DNA of 64,000 nucleotides, from assembly GCA_964342815.1 (NCBI GenBank), contig CAYFHS010000002.1:32001-96000 (forward strand), given 5' to 3'. Source of the stretch: an uncultured archaeon (GTDB taxonomy: Archaea > Thermoplasmatota > Penumbrarchaeia > JASLWR01). A program made the position numbers and the translations under genes. The notes under the pieces are model-generated. The model worked only from the letters and a program-made list of their open reading frames with translations. It made no database searches and was not told the origin of the DNA. Positions 46,858 through 55,844 of the stretch are shown one piece after another (within the stretch, counting starts at the first letter, position 1; every line of letters starts with the position of its first letter).

Positions 46858-49800
46858 GTGAAATTTATGAAACGATTGCGCGTACTTGTCATAGCCTTCA
46901 TACTTTTAATGCCACCGTCTTTTTCACATGTGATGGAAATTATTAATACAACTACCGTTCATAATTATTCTCCCGATGAGAAATCTTCCCAAAAAACTCG
47001 AAGCGGGCCGGATTATTTCGTTTTGGAAAAGACTCTCACTAATCATTCGAACCAAGTGAATTGTGTAGACTGGTCTTCTGATGGAAATAGATTGATTTCC
47101 GGCTCACAGGATGAATATCTAAAGATTTGGAATACCACAAACTGGAATTGCATGAAGACAATAGATGGACACTATTCGCCGGTTCTGTGTGCCGAATGGT
47201 CGCCAGATGTAAGTATGGTCGCGTCAGGATCAAAAGGAGATAACAATCGATTGGTTATTAGAAATACAATTCATTGGTCCTCGATCGAGACAATAACCGA
47301 TCATCCATCGGGTGTTTATGGTGCTAGTTGGCGCTCCGATGGTAGAAGATTAGCATCTTTAGGCATGGCAGGTTTAATAATCTGGGATACAAATAATTGG
47401 AATGACATGTACACGATTCAAGCAAGCGCTGGAATAACAAATAGCGTCAAATGGGCACCCAATGGGTCTCGTGTGGCCTTTTCCTGTGATGATGGAAAAA
47501 TTGTCATATCGGATGGTATTGGTTCTTTTTGGGATTGGGTCCTGATAGATTGGGGTGGAATTACAGGGATTGCCTGGTCACCAGATAGTAATTTGTTGGC
47601 ATCAGGCTCATTGGATTCAGTAATAAAAATATGGAATGCCAATAGCATGGAACGTTTAAAAAATATCAGCGGTCATTCTGACTACGTGTTTTGCGTGGAT
47701 TGGTCCCCCGATGGGAAGAACTTAGCATCCGGTTCAAAAGATTCTACAATTAAAATATGGGACACAACTACTTGGAATTGCATTCAAACTCTTACCGGGC
47801 ATTCGGATGATGTTTTATCTGTTTCGTGGTCACCGGATGGGACTCGATTGGCTTCTTCTTCTAAGGATAATACAATTAGAATCTGGGCCGGTGATTCTGA
47901 TCACGATGGAGTATATGAATACATTGATGCTTTTCCAAAAGATCCTGCCGCGTCTCAGGATTCCGATCGTGACGGTTATCCCGATGAATGGAATGTTGGT
48001 AAATCTGCTGACGATTCAACATCCGATCCCCGCTTAAGATTGGACGATTATCCATTTGATCCCGCAGCATCTCTTGATTCCGATGGCGACGGCATTCCCG
48101 ATGAATGGAACCAAGGAATGAGCCACGAAAATTCTACGACCGATCTTACTCGTTTGGATGATTTCCCCAATGATATTGCAGCTTCGCTTGACTCTGATCT
48201 TGACGGTTATCCTGATGAATGGAATGATGGGAAGAATCAACCGGACTCAACCACCGGATTGATTCTCGATGTCTTTCCCTTTGATCCAACCCAGTGGTCA
48301 GATACCGATGGTGACGGTTTTGGGGACAACATTTCTGGAAACAACTCAGACCAATTTGCAACCGATCCCGCAGCATCCCAAGATACCGATGGTGATGGAT
48401 ATCCGGATGGATGGAATGCCGGAAAAGACGCTCTCGATTCTACTACTGGTCTATATCTCGATGCCTATCCAACCGATCCCGCAGCATCCAGAGACAGCGA
48501 TAACGACAGTTTTCCAGATGAATGGAATATCGGAAAATCAATCTGGGATTCAATAACTGGAATCGAAAGACTAGACGCTTTTCCAACTGATCCTGCAGCT
48601 AGCCTCGATAGCGACGGCGATGGTTATCCGGATGGATGGAACGAGGGGAAAAATGGATTTGATTCGACAACCGGAATCCGTCTTGATGCCTTTCCCGATG
48701 ATTCAGCTGCCTCGGCAGATAGCGACGATGATAATTATCCGGATGAATGGAATAGGAACAAAAGTGCTGAAGATTCGACAAAAGGTCTCACGCTGGACGC
48801 TTATCCTGTAGATCCCTCGGCCAGCCTTGATAGCGATAATGATGGTTATCCCGACGAATGGAACGTTGGGAAATCCGTCGAGGATTCCACCTCTGATCCA
48901 CCTTTGAGGTTGGATAATTTCCCCAATGATCCTGCAGCCAGCCTCGATACGGACGGTGATGGGTATCCCGATGAATGGAATGTCGGAAGAAGTGAAAATG
49001 ATTCTATCTCGGACCCGCCCCTCCGGCTTGATGATTTCCCCACCGATCCTGCCGCCAACATTGATAGCGATGGGGATGGGTATCCGGATGAATGGAATAC
49101 TGGAAAAAAGGAGAAAGATTCAACATCCGATCCAGCGCTACGTCTGGACGCTTTTCCCGATGATCCTGCAGCCAGCTTCGATTTCGACGGTGACGGTCAT
49201 CCCGATAGATGGAATAATGGAACTGATAAAGATGATTCCACGACAGGGCTGGTCATAGATGAATTTCCCACGGAATCCAGCCAATGGAGCGATTCGGATG
49301 GAGACGGGTGGGGTGATAATTATGCGATTGAATCATGGGGAGTTGGAAGAAAAGTCGGCATCTATCTATCAGGAGCATACAAACCTGATGCCTATCCTAA
49401 TGATGCAACAAAATGGCTTTTTGAGATCGATAACGGCGGCTTGGATGACGATGATAATGATGATGATATTACAATGGATGACGACGAAATTCCAGAAGAG
49501 ACCGGACCGACTCCAGAATCCAATAATTCATGGATATGGATTCTCCTGATCGGATTATTAATTATATTTGTAATTATCATCAGTCTAATTATTATAGTAC
49601 GAAAGGGGAAAAAGACAAAAGAGATTGGTGGCTTAAAAGAAGTTGAAAATTCGTATCCTCCAATTACTCAGCCTTCGCAACAGATGGATTATTATCCACA
49701 ATATGAGCAAGCTCAACAAAACCAGCCATTACCAGCTGAAAATATGCAAACTGCCACATATCCCCCAATTTCCGAGTATATCCCACCGGACACCAATCCC

Positions 49801-49860
49801 TCGACCGAATCAAGAATTTTACCTCAAACCCAACTAAATGAACAAGTTTACAAGAGATAA
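46858..49860 (+). CDS. WD40 propeller with long TSP3-like Ca-binding repeat stalk, TM and Pro/Gln-rich tail
   Basis: Seven H..xVxxVxWSPDGxxLASGSxDxxIxIW units; DxFPxDPAASxDSDxDGYPDEWN repeats; TM. Confidence 0.92.
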   Translation: MKFMKRLRVLVIAFILLMPPSFSHVMEIINTTTVHNYSPDEKSSQKTRSGPDYFVLEKTLTNHSNQVNCVDWSSDGNRLISGSQDEYLKIWNTTNWNCMKTIDGHYSPVLCAEWSPDVSMVASGSKGDNNRLVIRNTIHWSSIETITDHPSGVYGASWRSDGRRLASLGMAGLIIWDTNNWNDMYTIQASAGITNSVKWAPNGSRVAFSCDDGKIVISDGIGSFWDWVLIDWGGITGIAWSPDSNLLASGSLDSVIKIWNANSMERLKNISGHSDYVFCVDWSPDGKNLASGSKDSTIKIWDTTTWNCIQTLTGHSDDVLSVSWSPDGTRLASSSKDNTIRIWAGDSDHDGVYEYIDAFPKDPAASQDSDRDGYPDEWNVGKSADDSTSDPRLRLDDYPFDPAASLDSDGDGIPDEWNQGMSHENSTTDLTRLDDFPNDIAASLDSDLDGYPDEWNDGKNQPDSTTGLILDVFPFDPTQWSDTDGDGFGDNISGNNSDQFATDPAASQDTDGDGYPDGWNAGKDALDSTTGLYLDAYPTDPAASRDSDNDSFPDEWNIGKSIWDSITGIERLDAFPTDPAASLDSDGDGYPDGWNEGKNGFDSTTGIRLDAFPDDSAASADSDDDNYPDEWNRNKSAEDSTKGLTLDAYPVDPSASLDSDNDGYPDEWNVGKSVEDSTSDPPLRLDNFPNDPAASLDTDGDGYPDEWNVGRSENDSISDPPLRLDDFPTDPAANIDSDGDGYPDEWNTGKKEKDSTSDPALRLDAFPDDPAASFDFDGDGHPDRWNNGTDKDDSTTGLVIDEFPTESSQWSDSDGDGWGDNYAIESWGVGRKVGIYLSGAYKPDAYPNDATKWLFEIDNGGLDDDDNDDDITMDDDEIPEETGPTPESNNSWIWILLIGLLIIFVIIISLIIIVRKGKKTKEIGGLKEVENSYPPITQPSQQMDYYPQYEQAQQNQPLPAENMQTATYPPISEYIPPDTNPSTESRILPQTQLNEQVYKR

Positions 49861-49980
49861 TAACTGATTTAGAAATAGATGAAGAATTTCGTCAGCCTTT
49901 TTTATATAATGTTAAAGATTAATTAATAATGGTGGTGGACACGGTAAACTACGGTACTTCGTACCTTGCTCCTAGCGGAG

Positions 49981-50108
49981 TCGCATAACTAGCCAGTTTC
50001 CAGTTCTCGGCTGACGCCTCCACCGCAACTTCCTACCCCGCCAATGGTGTTCTTGTTGGGTAGTTCCCCCCTACGGAAGTTCGGAAACTGGCAAGACGTT
50101 ATATCGAA
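49981..50108 (+). repeat. attC-like family copy A (~128 bp)
   Basis: cgcataac...gttatat; gccagtttcc 49992-50001/ggaaactggc 50083-92; aacttcc/ggaagtt; ctaccc/gggtag. Confidence 0.6.
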
Positions 50109-50145
50109 GTCCCCTGCTCTTTTCTCCTGGCCAACCGGGTAGGTT

Positions 50146-50273
50146 GGCACAACTTCGTGACATATGAGACATATTCACGATGAAATATCTGAGATATTTC
50201 TCCCAAATACAGTGCGAAAAGGCACTGCGTAGACTTTATGCGATTCGGAAATCTGCAGGTCGTTATGCGTAAT
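50146..50273 (+). repeat. attC-like family copy C (family 3' end, different hairpin-rich interior)
   Basis: ggcacaac...ttcggaaatctgcaggtcgttatgcgtaat; internal hairpins tcgtga/tcacga, gaaatatc/gatatttc, cagtgc/gcactg. Confidence 0.45.
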
Positions 50274-50315
50274 TGTCATATTCGGGCTAATCTTAGAAGA
50301 ATGCATCTTCTTTTT

Positions 50316-51467
50316 TTAAAATGAAACAAAATCAGTCAACCTCAATTGACCTGTTTTTTTAATTGGTGTAGCCACTCGCTTTAAATTTTCTTTCAGGATA
50401 TCTAATCGTTGTTTGATTATTAAGTTAGAAAATATATGAATCATTTCACCAAAATCTTCTTCATTACCTAGTTTTAGAGCATCAATATAGAGTTCTCGAT
50501 CTTTGCCTAAAAATAATAATTTTGGAAATTTCTCTCTTATTAACATATAATTAAATAATTCACGTCCAACTCGACCGTTACCATCGGTAAATGGGTGAAT
50601 CATTTCGAATTCGTAATGAAACATCACTGCTGCTTCAAAAGGGTGCTTCGCATTTTTTAAATCCAAATAATATTTTATTATGATGTTATTTAATTCTTCC
50701 TCAATAAATATGGAAGGACATAGGGGAACGCCACACCCTGCTATTCCGATATCATTAACTCTTCGAAAAGTGCCAGCGGATTCATAATCAATATTATTCA
50801 TTATTAAGGCATGAAGTGTTTTAATGAAATCAAGACTTACTTTCCCACGATACTGATTCCGATACCTCACTACCTTTTTAAAATTCTGAACTTCATTGAT
50901 TTCCCTTAAACTTTTTCCTTTTGGAGCAATATTATTAACTAATAGATCATGCGCCTGCTTTAGTGTTAATGTATTTCCCTCTAGAAAGGTTGTTCCCTGT
51001 ATGTAATGTATTTCAAAATCATGCTCATAGACTTTAATTTCATTTACTGTTAATAATTCGGTAACGGCTTTATATATATATCGAATCTCTTCAAGTTTCC
51101 TAACTTGTTCTTTAGAGAGATGGTCCGAATTAAAGAAAGAAATACTTATTTCAGCTCTCTTTGTTGCAGCTTTTATTTCCATTTCATATGCATATTTCTG
51201 TCGATAAACCTCTATCTCTTCTGCATTAGGAGGGAGTACGCCCAAATATTTCCGTGCCTTCCTTTTCTTCCCTCTTACAAATACATCTTTTACAAGGAAG
51301 TATTTTGGCTTACCTCTTTTGGGATAGGTTACCTCAACTCTATATGGTTTTTTCGACATGTTTACCATAGGGGAGACCATGTATTTCAAAGTTTCGAAGA
51401 AAACTCCGTCTCCTACATTTTTGGTAATGAAAACGCAGTTGAATAGAAATGAATTACTAATTTTCAT
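50316..51467 (-). CDS. fic: Fic family protein (true start probably near 51371-51359)
   Basis: Intact HPFTDGNGRVGR motif; TTFLEGN inhibitory motif N-terminal to it; visibly AT-rich. Confidence 0.92.
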   Translation of the reverse strand: MKISNSFLFNCVFITKNVGDGVFFETLKYMVSPMVNMSKKPYRVEVTYPKRGKPKYFLVKDVFVRGKKRKARKYLGVLPPNAEEIEVYRQKYAYEMEIKAATKRAEISISFFNSDHLSKEQVRKLEEIRYIYKAVTELLTVNEIKVYEHDFEIHYIQGTTFLEGNTLTLKQAHDLLVNNIAPKGKSLREINEVQNFKKVVRYRNQYRGKVSLDFIKTLHALIMNNIDYESAGTFRRVNDIGIAGCGVPLCPSIFIEEELNNIIIKYYLDLKNAKHPFEAAVMFHYEFEMIHPFTDGNGRVGRELFNYMLIREKFPKLLFLGKDRELYIDALKLGNEEDFGEMIHIFSNLIIKQRLDILKENLKRVATPIKKTGQLRLTDFVSF

Positions 51468-51653
51468 AAAGGGAGACCCTGTAAATAGAATCTAAGGAAT
51501 ATATGCCGTCACCGGTTAATAGAAGTTATATGATTTTACTGATAAAAATAAAAAAAAATGCGAAATATTTTACTATTTAGTTTGAAATAATAGACTAATA
51601 ACCCGAAGATGCCAACTCTTCCTCCCTACAGCTCATTACGACACTTACGTGCA

Positions 51654-51780
51654 CGTATTACTAGCCAATTTCAGGCTCTCGGCTGAAGCCTCCGCCACAA
51701 CATCCTACCCCACCAATATGGATCTCATGGGGATGGTTCCCCCCGTAGGAAGTTCGGAAATCCGCAAGTCGTCATACGAA
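51654..51780 (+). repeat. attC-like family copy B (degenerate outer boxes)
   Basis: Aligns end to end with A (ctagcca.tttc..g.tctcggctga.gcctcc...ggaagttcggaaa..gcaag.cgt.ata.cgaag); boxes read cgtattac and gtcatacg. Confidence 0.6.
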
Positions 51781-51969
51781 GTTCTCTGCATTATTGAATG
51801 AAAAAAATAACCATCCAATATTTTCAAACAATTGTAAAGAATAGATTATGATGGATGTTTCATTCTGGATCGAACGAGGCTACATGTAGTCTACATGTCG
51901 TACCGACGATTAAATAGCGTAAAATGTGTAATTGAATCGTACGCGTTTGCGTACAGGAGGACAAAAAAA

Positions 51970-52548
51970 ATGAGAAGAATGGAAAAGAACGACGAGGCCG
52001 TATCCCCCGTTATCGCCATCATCCTCATGGTGGCCATAACAGTTGTGCTGGCCGGTGTATTGTACATGTGGGTCATCTCTATGGTCGATCCGAATGAAAA
52101 ACCATCCATCATGATTTTTGAGGTCACCGATGGGGTGAACAAGGATTCGGAGCACGGATGCTTTTTCAAGATTCGCGCCGTGAGTGAGGTCGACATCGAT
52201 CCCACGAGATATTTCTTCACGGTGAGCGAGAGCGGACAATCGCCCAAATCCCTTGATTTCAGATTCCGAGACTACGAGGATCAGGGAGAGGATGAACTGA
52301 CACCCGTAGGTGGAGATAGAAACAAGACCTATCGATATGACGAAAAGAATTGGAAGATCGAGAACATGAACGTGGAGGGCCCCGGTCAAATGTGGAACGA
52401 CGGTGAGTATATCGCTTTCGACATGCCAATGGCCAGAAAGGGTGTGGAAATAGACAAGGGCAGCGAATACGAGGTCATGATAAAGAACCCAAACCATGAG
52501 ATTGTTTTCAGGGGTACCTTTGTATATCAGGAACAGCCGTCAAGCTAA
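51970..52548 (+). CDS. archaeal type IV pilin (DUF1628-type class III signal peptide)
   Basis: KNDEA|VSPVIAIILMVAITVVLAGVLY; ATG at 51970. Confidence 0.88.
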   Translation: MRRMEKNDEAVSPVIAIILMVAITVVLAGVLYMWVISMVDPNEKPSIMIFEVTDGVNKDSEHGCFFKIRAVSEVDIDPTRYFFTVSESGQSPKSLDFRFRDYEDQGEDELTPVGGDRNKTYRYDEKNWKIENMNVEGPGQMWNDGEYIAFDMPMARKGVEIDKGSEYEVMIKNPNHEIVFRGTFVYQEQPSS

Positions 52549-52811
52549 ATACACGCATCTCAAATAATTTCTCTTTTTTTTTATCAATGTCCACCATATG
52601 CTCAAAAAATAGTAATGCTAAGAATGATCTAAGTTCCATATTTATATAACAATTCGGTGTATGACCATACGGCCCAATAGATTTATAACAATTGAATTGC
52701 ATTCATAGGATTCAGCAGAATCGGTTCCTTTGGACCGCGATTCTACGAACGTTGTCAAACTGCAAAGCATTTTGTCGAACTTTGCACCATTGACAATATA
52801 CTGGTGGGGAA

Positions 52812-53225
52812 ATGGAAGATAAAAGGGCTAACACGGGTTTATTATGGTCAATACTGGTGCTTGCAATAGCGGATGTTGTCTTTATTATTTCCTTCAAGAT
52901 GGAGTTCGTCCCGGCTTTAACTGAAATGATGAGCGAGACAACGGCCGAGACCATAAGTGAATTGTTCCTGTTGTTCTTCCTCATCGTTCTAATATTGTAC
53001 GTCCCGGGCGGGAGAGTCAAACGCCGGGAGAAAATATCCACGGTGGTGGTCACCCCCATAGTTGAAGAGGAGGAGATTTTATTTTCACCCGCAGCCGAAG
53101 AAAACGGGGATATCGCGGAAGTCGAAGAATATCATACGGATCAGGAAGGGGAAAAAGAAGCAGACGCCGAAGCGGTAGTAGTATCAGTTGAGGAATATAA
53201 AAAAGAGAAAAAAGGATCAGAGTAA
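52812..53225 (+). CDS. 2-TM membrane protein with acidic cytoplasmic tail
   Basis: Two hydrophobic helices, then an E-rich tail. Confidence 0.65.
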   Translation: MEDKRANTGLLWSILVLAIADVVFIISFKMEFVPALTEMMSETTAETISELFLLFFLIVLILYVPGGRVKRREKISTVVVTPIVEEEEILFSPAAEENGDIAEVEEYHTDQEGEKEADAEAVVVSVEEYKKEKKGSE

Positions 53226-53264
53226 GAAAATTCATCTGGAAAATGCGTAATACGAGGCAGAGAT

Positions 53265-54683
53265 ATGACAAGAACGGAGATACTTGGCCGGGAAAGTTCC
53301 AGACTCAAAAAACTCGGTCACAGGGGATGTGCATATATTGGAAAGGTGGTCTCCTACCCGGCAGGGCGTTACGAGGAGGTGGGAGAGATGTTCATGGACA
53401 TAGTTTTTCCCCACTGCATCCTTGTTCTTGGAAAACGCGGTTCCGGGAAGTCCTACACTCTGGGTGTCATCGCCGAAGAGTTCGGATTTCTGCAGTCGCA
53501 GTACCGGGACCGTATCTCCGTCATCATGGTGGACACCATGAGCGTGTTCCATTCACTGAAAAAAGAGAACAACATAACCGAGGAAATCCGAAAATTACCT
53601 GCATTCGCCAATCTCCAAGCAAGGGGATTTCCCGAGTATTCCCGCATTTTCATGCCCAAATCCACCATAGAAAAGGTTCGGGGGATGGACCGCGAGATCG
53701 CATTCGACAGCATACTTCAGCTATCGATAAAAGACATAGAAATATTCGACTGGTTGAGTTTATTCGACCTCGCACCCACCGAACCTGCAGGAGTGCTTAT
53801 TGCCAGAGTGATTGATAAGCTCTGTTCCGAAAAAGATATATTCGGCTTCCGAGACATATACGAGGAGATCAAGATCCAGTTCGGCGACGAGTACCTGAAG
53901 GAGGGTATTATAAACCTTTTCAGGATGGTGGAGAACATAGGGATATTCGGCGAGGTAGGCACCCCCCTGGAGGATATTGTGAGAGGCGGCCAGCTCTCCA
54001 TACTGGACATGGGATACATCGGCCATGTAAGCGGGTTCGACATCAGGAATCTCGTAGTGGGCATCATCTCCCGAAAACTTCTTCTTGAACGTACTCTTCA
54101 CACAACCGTGGAAATGCAGGCGGAAGCGTCGCTTACCGGCAGAATCGGGAAAAATGTCATGAGAAAAACGCTTCCCATGGTCTACATGATGCTTGACGAG
54201 GCTCATCTATTCATTCCCCGGGATCGAAAAACGCTGTCCAGCACGCCGCTTATGGACTGGATCAACCTCGGCAGACATTCGGGACTTTCACTACTAATGG
54301 CCACACAGAGCCCTTCGTCCATCGATCCCCACGTGCTGGGCCAGAGCGATCTGGTGATCGCACACAACATCAGTTCGACTGACGACATCGAGGCATTGAA
54401 CAGAATACAGCAGACTTACATGAAGGGATCGAGGGACTTGAGGAGCCTGGTGTCATCCATGGATTACATGCCAGGCCTGGCGGTTATTTTCGATGACAAG
54501 ACCCGAAAGGTTGAAATGTGCAGGATAAGACCCCGCTGCTCGCTCCATCTGGGACTGGATGCCAGTGCGATACCATTATCCGAGAGAATGGGACTAAGAT
54601 CCACCCACGAGGTCGGGGTGAGTACCCGGAAAAAGAGACCGGCGTCGGAGATTATCAAAGACCTTCAGCGGATCTCAGAGTAA
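53265..54683 (+). CDS. HerA/FtsK-superfamily P-loop ATPase (DUF87-like)
   Basis: Walker A GKRGSGKS, Walker B MLDEAH, GRHSG arginine finger and ATQSP motif. Confidence 0.88.
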   Translation: MTRTEILGRESSRLKKLGHRGCAYIGKVVSYPAGRYEEVGEMFMDIVFPHCILVLGKRGSGKSYTLGVIAEEFGFLQSQYRDRISVIMVDTMSVFHSLKKENNITEEIRKLPAFANLQARGFPEYSRIFMPKSTIEKVRGMDREIAFDSILQLSIKDIEIFDWLSLFDLAPTEPAGVLIARVIDKLCSEKDIFGFRDIYEEIKIQFGDEYLKEGIINLFRMVENIGIFGEVGTPLEDIVRGGQLSILDMGYIGHVSGFDIRNLVVGIISRKLLLERTLHTTVEMQAEASLTGRIGKNVMRKTLPMVYMMLDEAHLFIPRDRKTLSSTPLMDWINLGRHSGLSLLMATQSPSSIDPHVLGQSDLVIAHNISSTDDIEALNRIQQTYMKGSRDLRSLVSSMDYMPGLAVIFDDKTRKVEMCRIRPRCSLHLGLDASAIPLSERMGLRSTHEVGVSTRKKRPASEIIKDLQRISE

Positions 54684-54732
54684 TCCTTCTTGTGCGTAAT
54701 TCGGAGACTCGCCTCTCTATTATTCTTTTTCC

Positions 54733-54839
54733 CGAGACCAGCGACCCCCAGGCGAACGTCCGTAGGAAGTCAGGTGCTGACTTTCCGAGGGCGCAGGCGC
54801 ATCTACTGATGCACCGGAACGTAGTGGGCGCTGGTCTCG
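54733..54839 (+). ncRNA. structured element Y (unidentified family, homologous to X)
   Basis: 11-bp outer stem cgagaccagcg/cgctggtctcg; hairpins at 54765-86 and 54796-815; conserved core shared with X. Confidence 0.55.
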
Positions 54840-54876
54840 TCTATGAACCGATAAGTAGAAGTTCAATATCACTAAA

Positions 54877-54932
54877 GGTCGGCTCACCGCCGACCCTGAG
54901 GGCAAGCCCTCTTTCTATTGATTTTTCTTTTT
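54877..54932 (+). terminator. GC hairpins followed by a T-rich tract (terminator-like)
   Basis: ggtcggc/gccgacc 54877-95; gagggc/gccctc 54898-911; then tttctattgatttttcttttt. Confidence 0.4.
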
Positions 54933-55126
54933 AGATCTAGTCGCCGTTTGCTGAAGCTCGGCGACCCTCTTAAGATAGAAGGAATCATAGGTTAAAAGAA
55001 GTGATAGTATCTTAGGATAACACAGTATGATCCTTCCAGATACCTGTTCCCTGCGGAAGAATCTACAAAAGTAATAAAAAGGTGATACGTCATAATTGTT
55101 TTAATCTGAAAGTCTAGGGTGGTAAG

Positions 55127-55771
55127 TTGGGAATCATAAAGACGGTATTCGAGGACAAGAAAAATATCACTATGCCGGTGGGATCCATCCTGATCTTCAT
55201 GTTCATGATCGTAATATTCTGGGAAATGAGCGGAGCGGAAACCCTCACGGAAGCCGACATTCAGAAAGAGATTGCAAAAAGAATTGCGAATAACAATATC
55301 GTTGATCTGTCTAAACTTGAAAAACTTCCGGGCGATTCCCAGACCGAGAATGGAAGAGCCGATGAGGGCATCGAAACAGAGTTGAAGGTATCCATAGAGC
55401 ATTCCAATGTATGCGAAATTGTCTTCGAACTCAGCTGGTCGGATGAGGCGGACGCGGACGCCAGGCACACAAACGAGCCGGATACATTTACCATTCGAGT
55501 GGAAAGCCCGGACGGCTCGTTTTCGAAGGAGGGGAAAGGAAAAAACGGGCAGGGAGGCCAGGGAAATATAGAAGTCTCAATAACACTTTTCGACGAAGCG
55601 AATCCTCCGAAATCGCTGCCGTTCCTGAACGGGACCGGGGATTGGAATATAATCATTTCGGTGGCAGCGGGGGACCAGGAGCCGTTGATCCCGAGCCTTT
55701 TCGGAATGCGGACTTTTGAAGATAGGGGTAACGATTTCACCCTTGCTATGTCCTACTCGTACACAGAGTAA
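55127..55771 (+). CDS. membrane-anchored protein with PPC-like beta domain
   Basis: N-terminal TM; FELSWSDE..EPDTFTIRVESPDG..G.WNIIISV. Confidence 0.7.
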   Translation: MGIIKTVFEDKKNITMPVGSILIFMFMIVIFWEMSGAETLTEADIQKEIAKRIANNNIVDLSKLEKLPGDSQTENGRADEGIETELKVSIEHSNVCEIVFELSWSDEADADARHTNEPDTFTIRVESPDGSFSKEGKGKNGQGGQGNIEVSITLFDEANPPKSLPFLNGTGDWNIIISVAAGDQEPLIPSLFGMRTFEDRGNDFTLAMSYSYTE

Positions 55772-55844
55772 GAGAGGGGATGGAAAAAGAGAGTTGGACG
55801 AAATGTTCACAGCAATTTTTCTTATTTCAAATACCAATTAGAAA

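Noticed and set aside
47920-49400. Repeats as a diversity-generating retroelement TR/VR pair
   Set aside because: Differences are not adenine-specific, all repeats are in-frame coding units, and no RT is in the window.
49981-51780. A and B direct repeats as a CRISPR array or IS ends
   Set aside because: Too long (~127 bp), diverged and irregularly spaced; no cas or transposase genes; no target-site duplications seen.
51880-51898. ctacatgt repeat and palindrome upstream of the pilin
   Set aside because: Short, single occurrence, compatible with chance; no second instance found to support an operator.
54690-54840. GTGCG at 54692 and GGAAGUCAG suggested a group II intron
   Set aside because: No domain V (AGC...GAAA...) or domain VI, and no RT/maturase ORF nearby.
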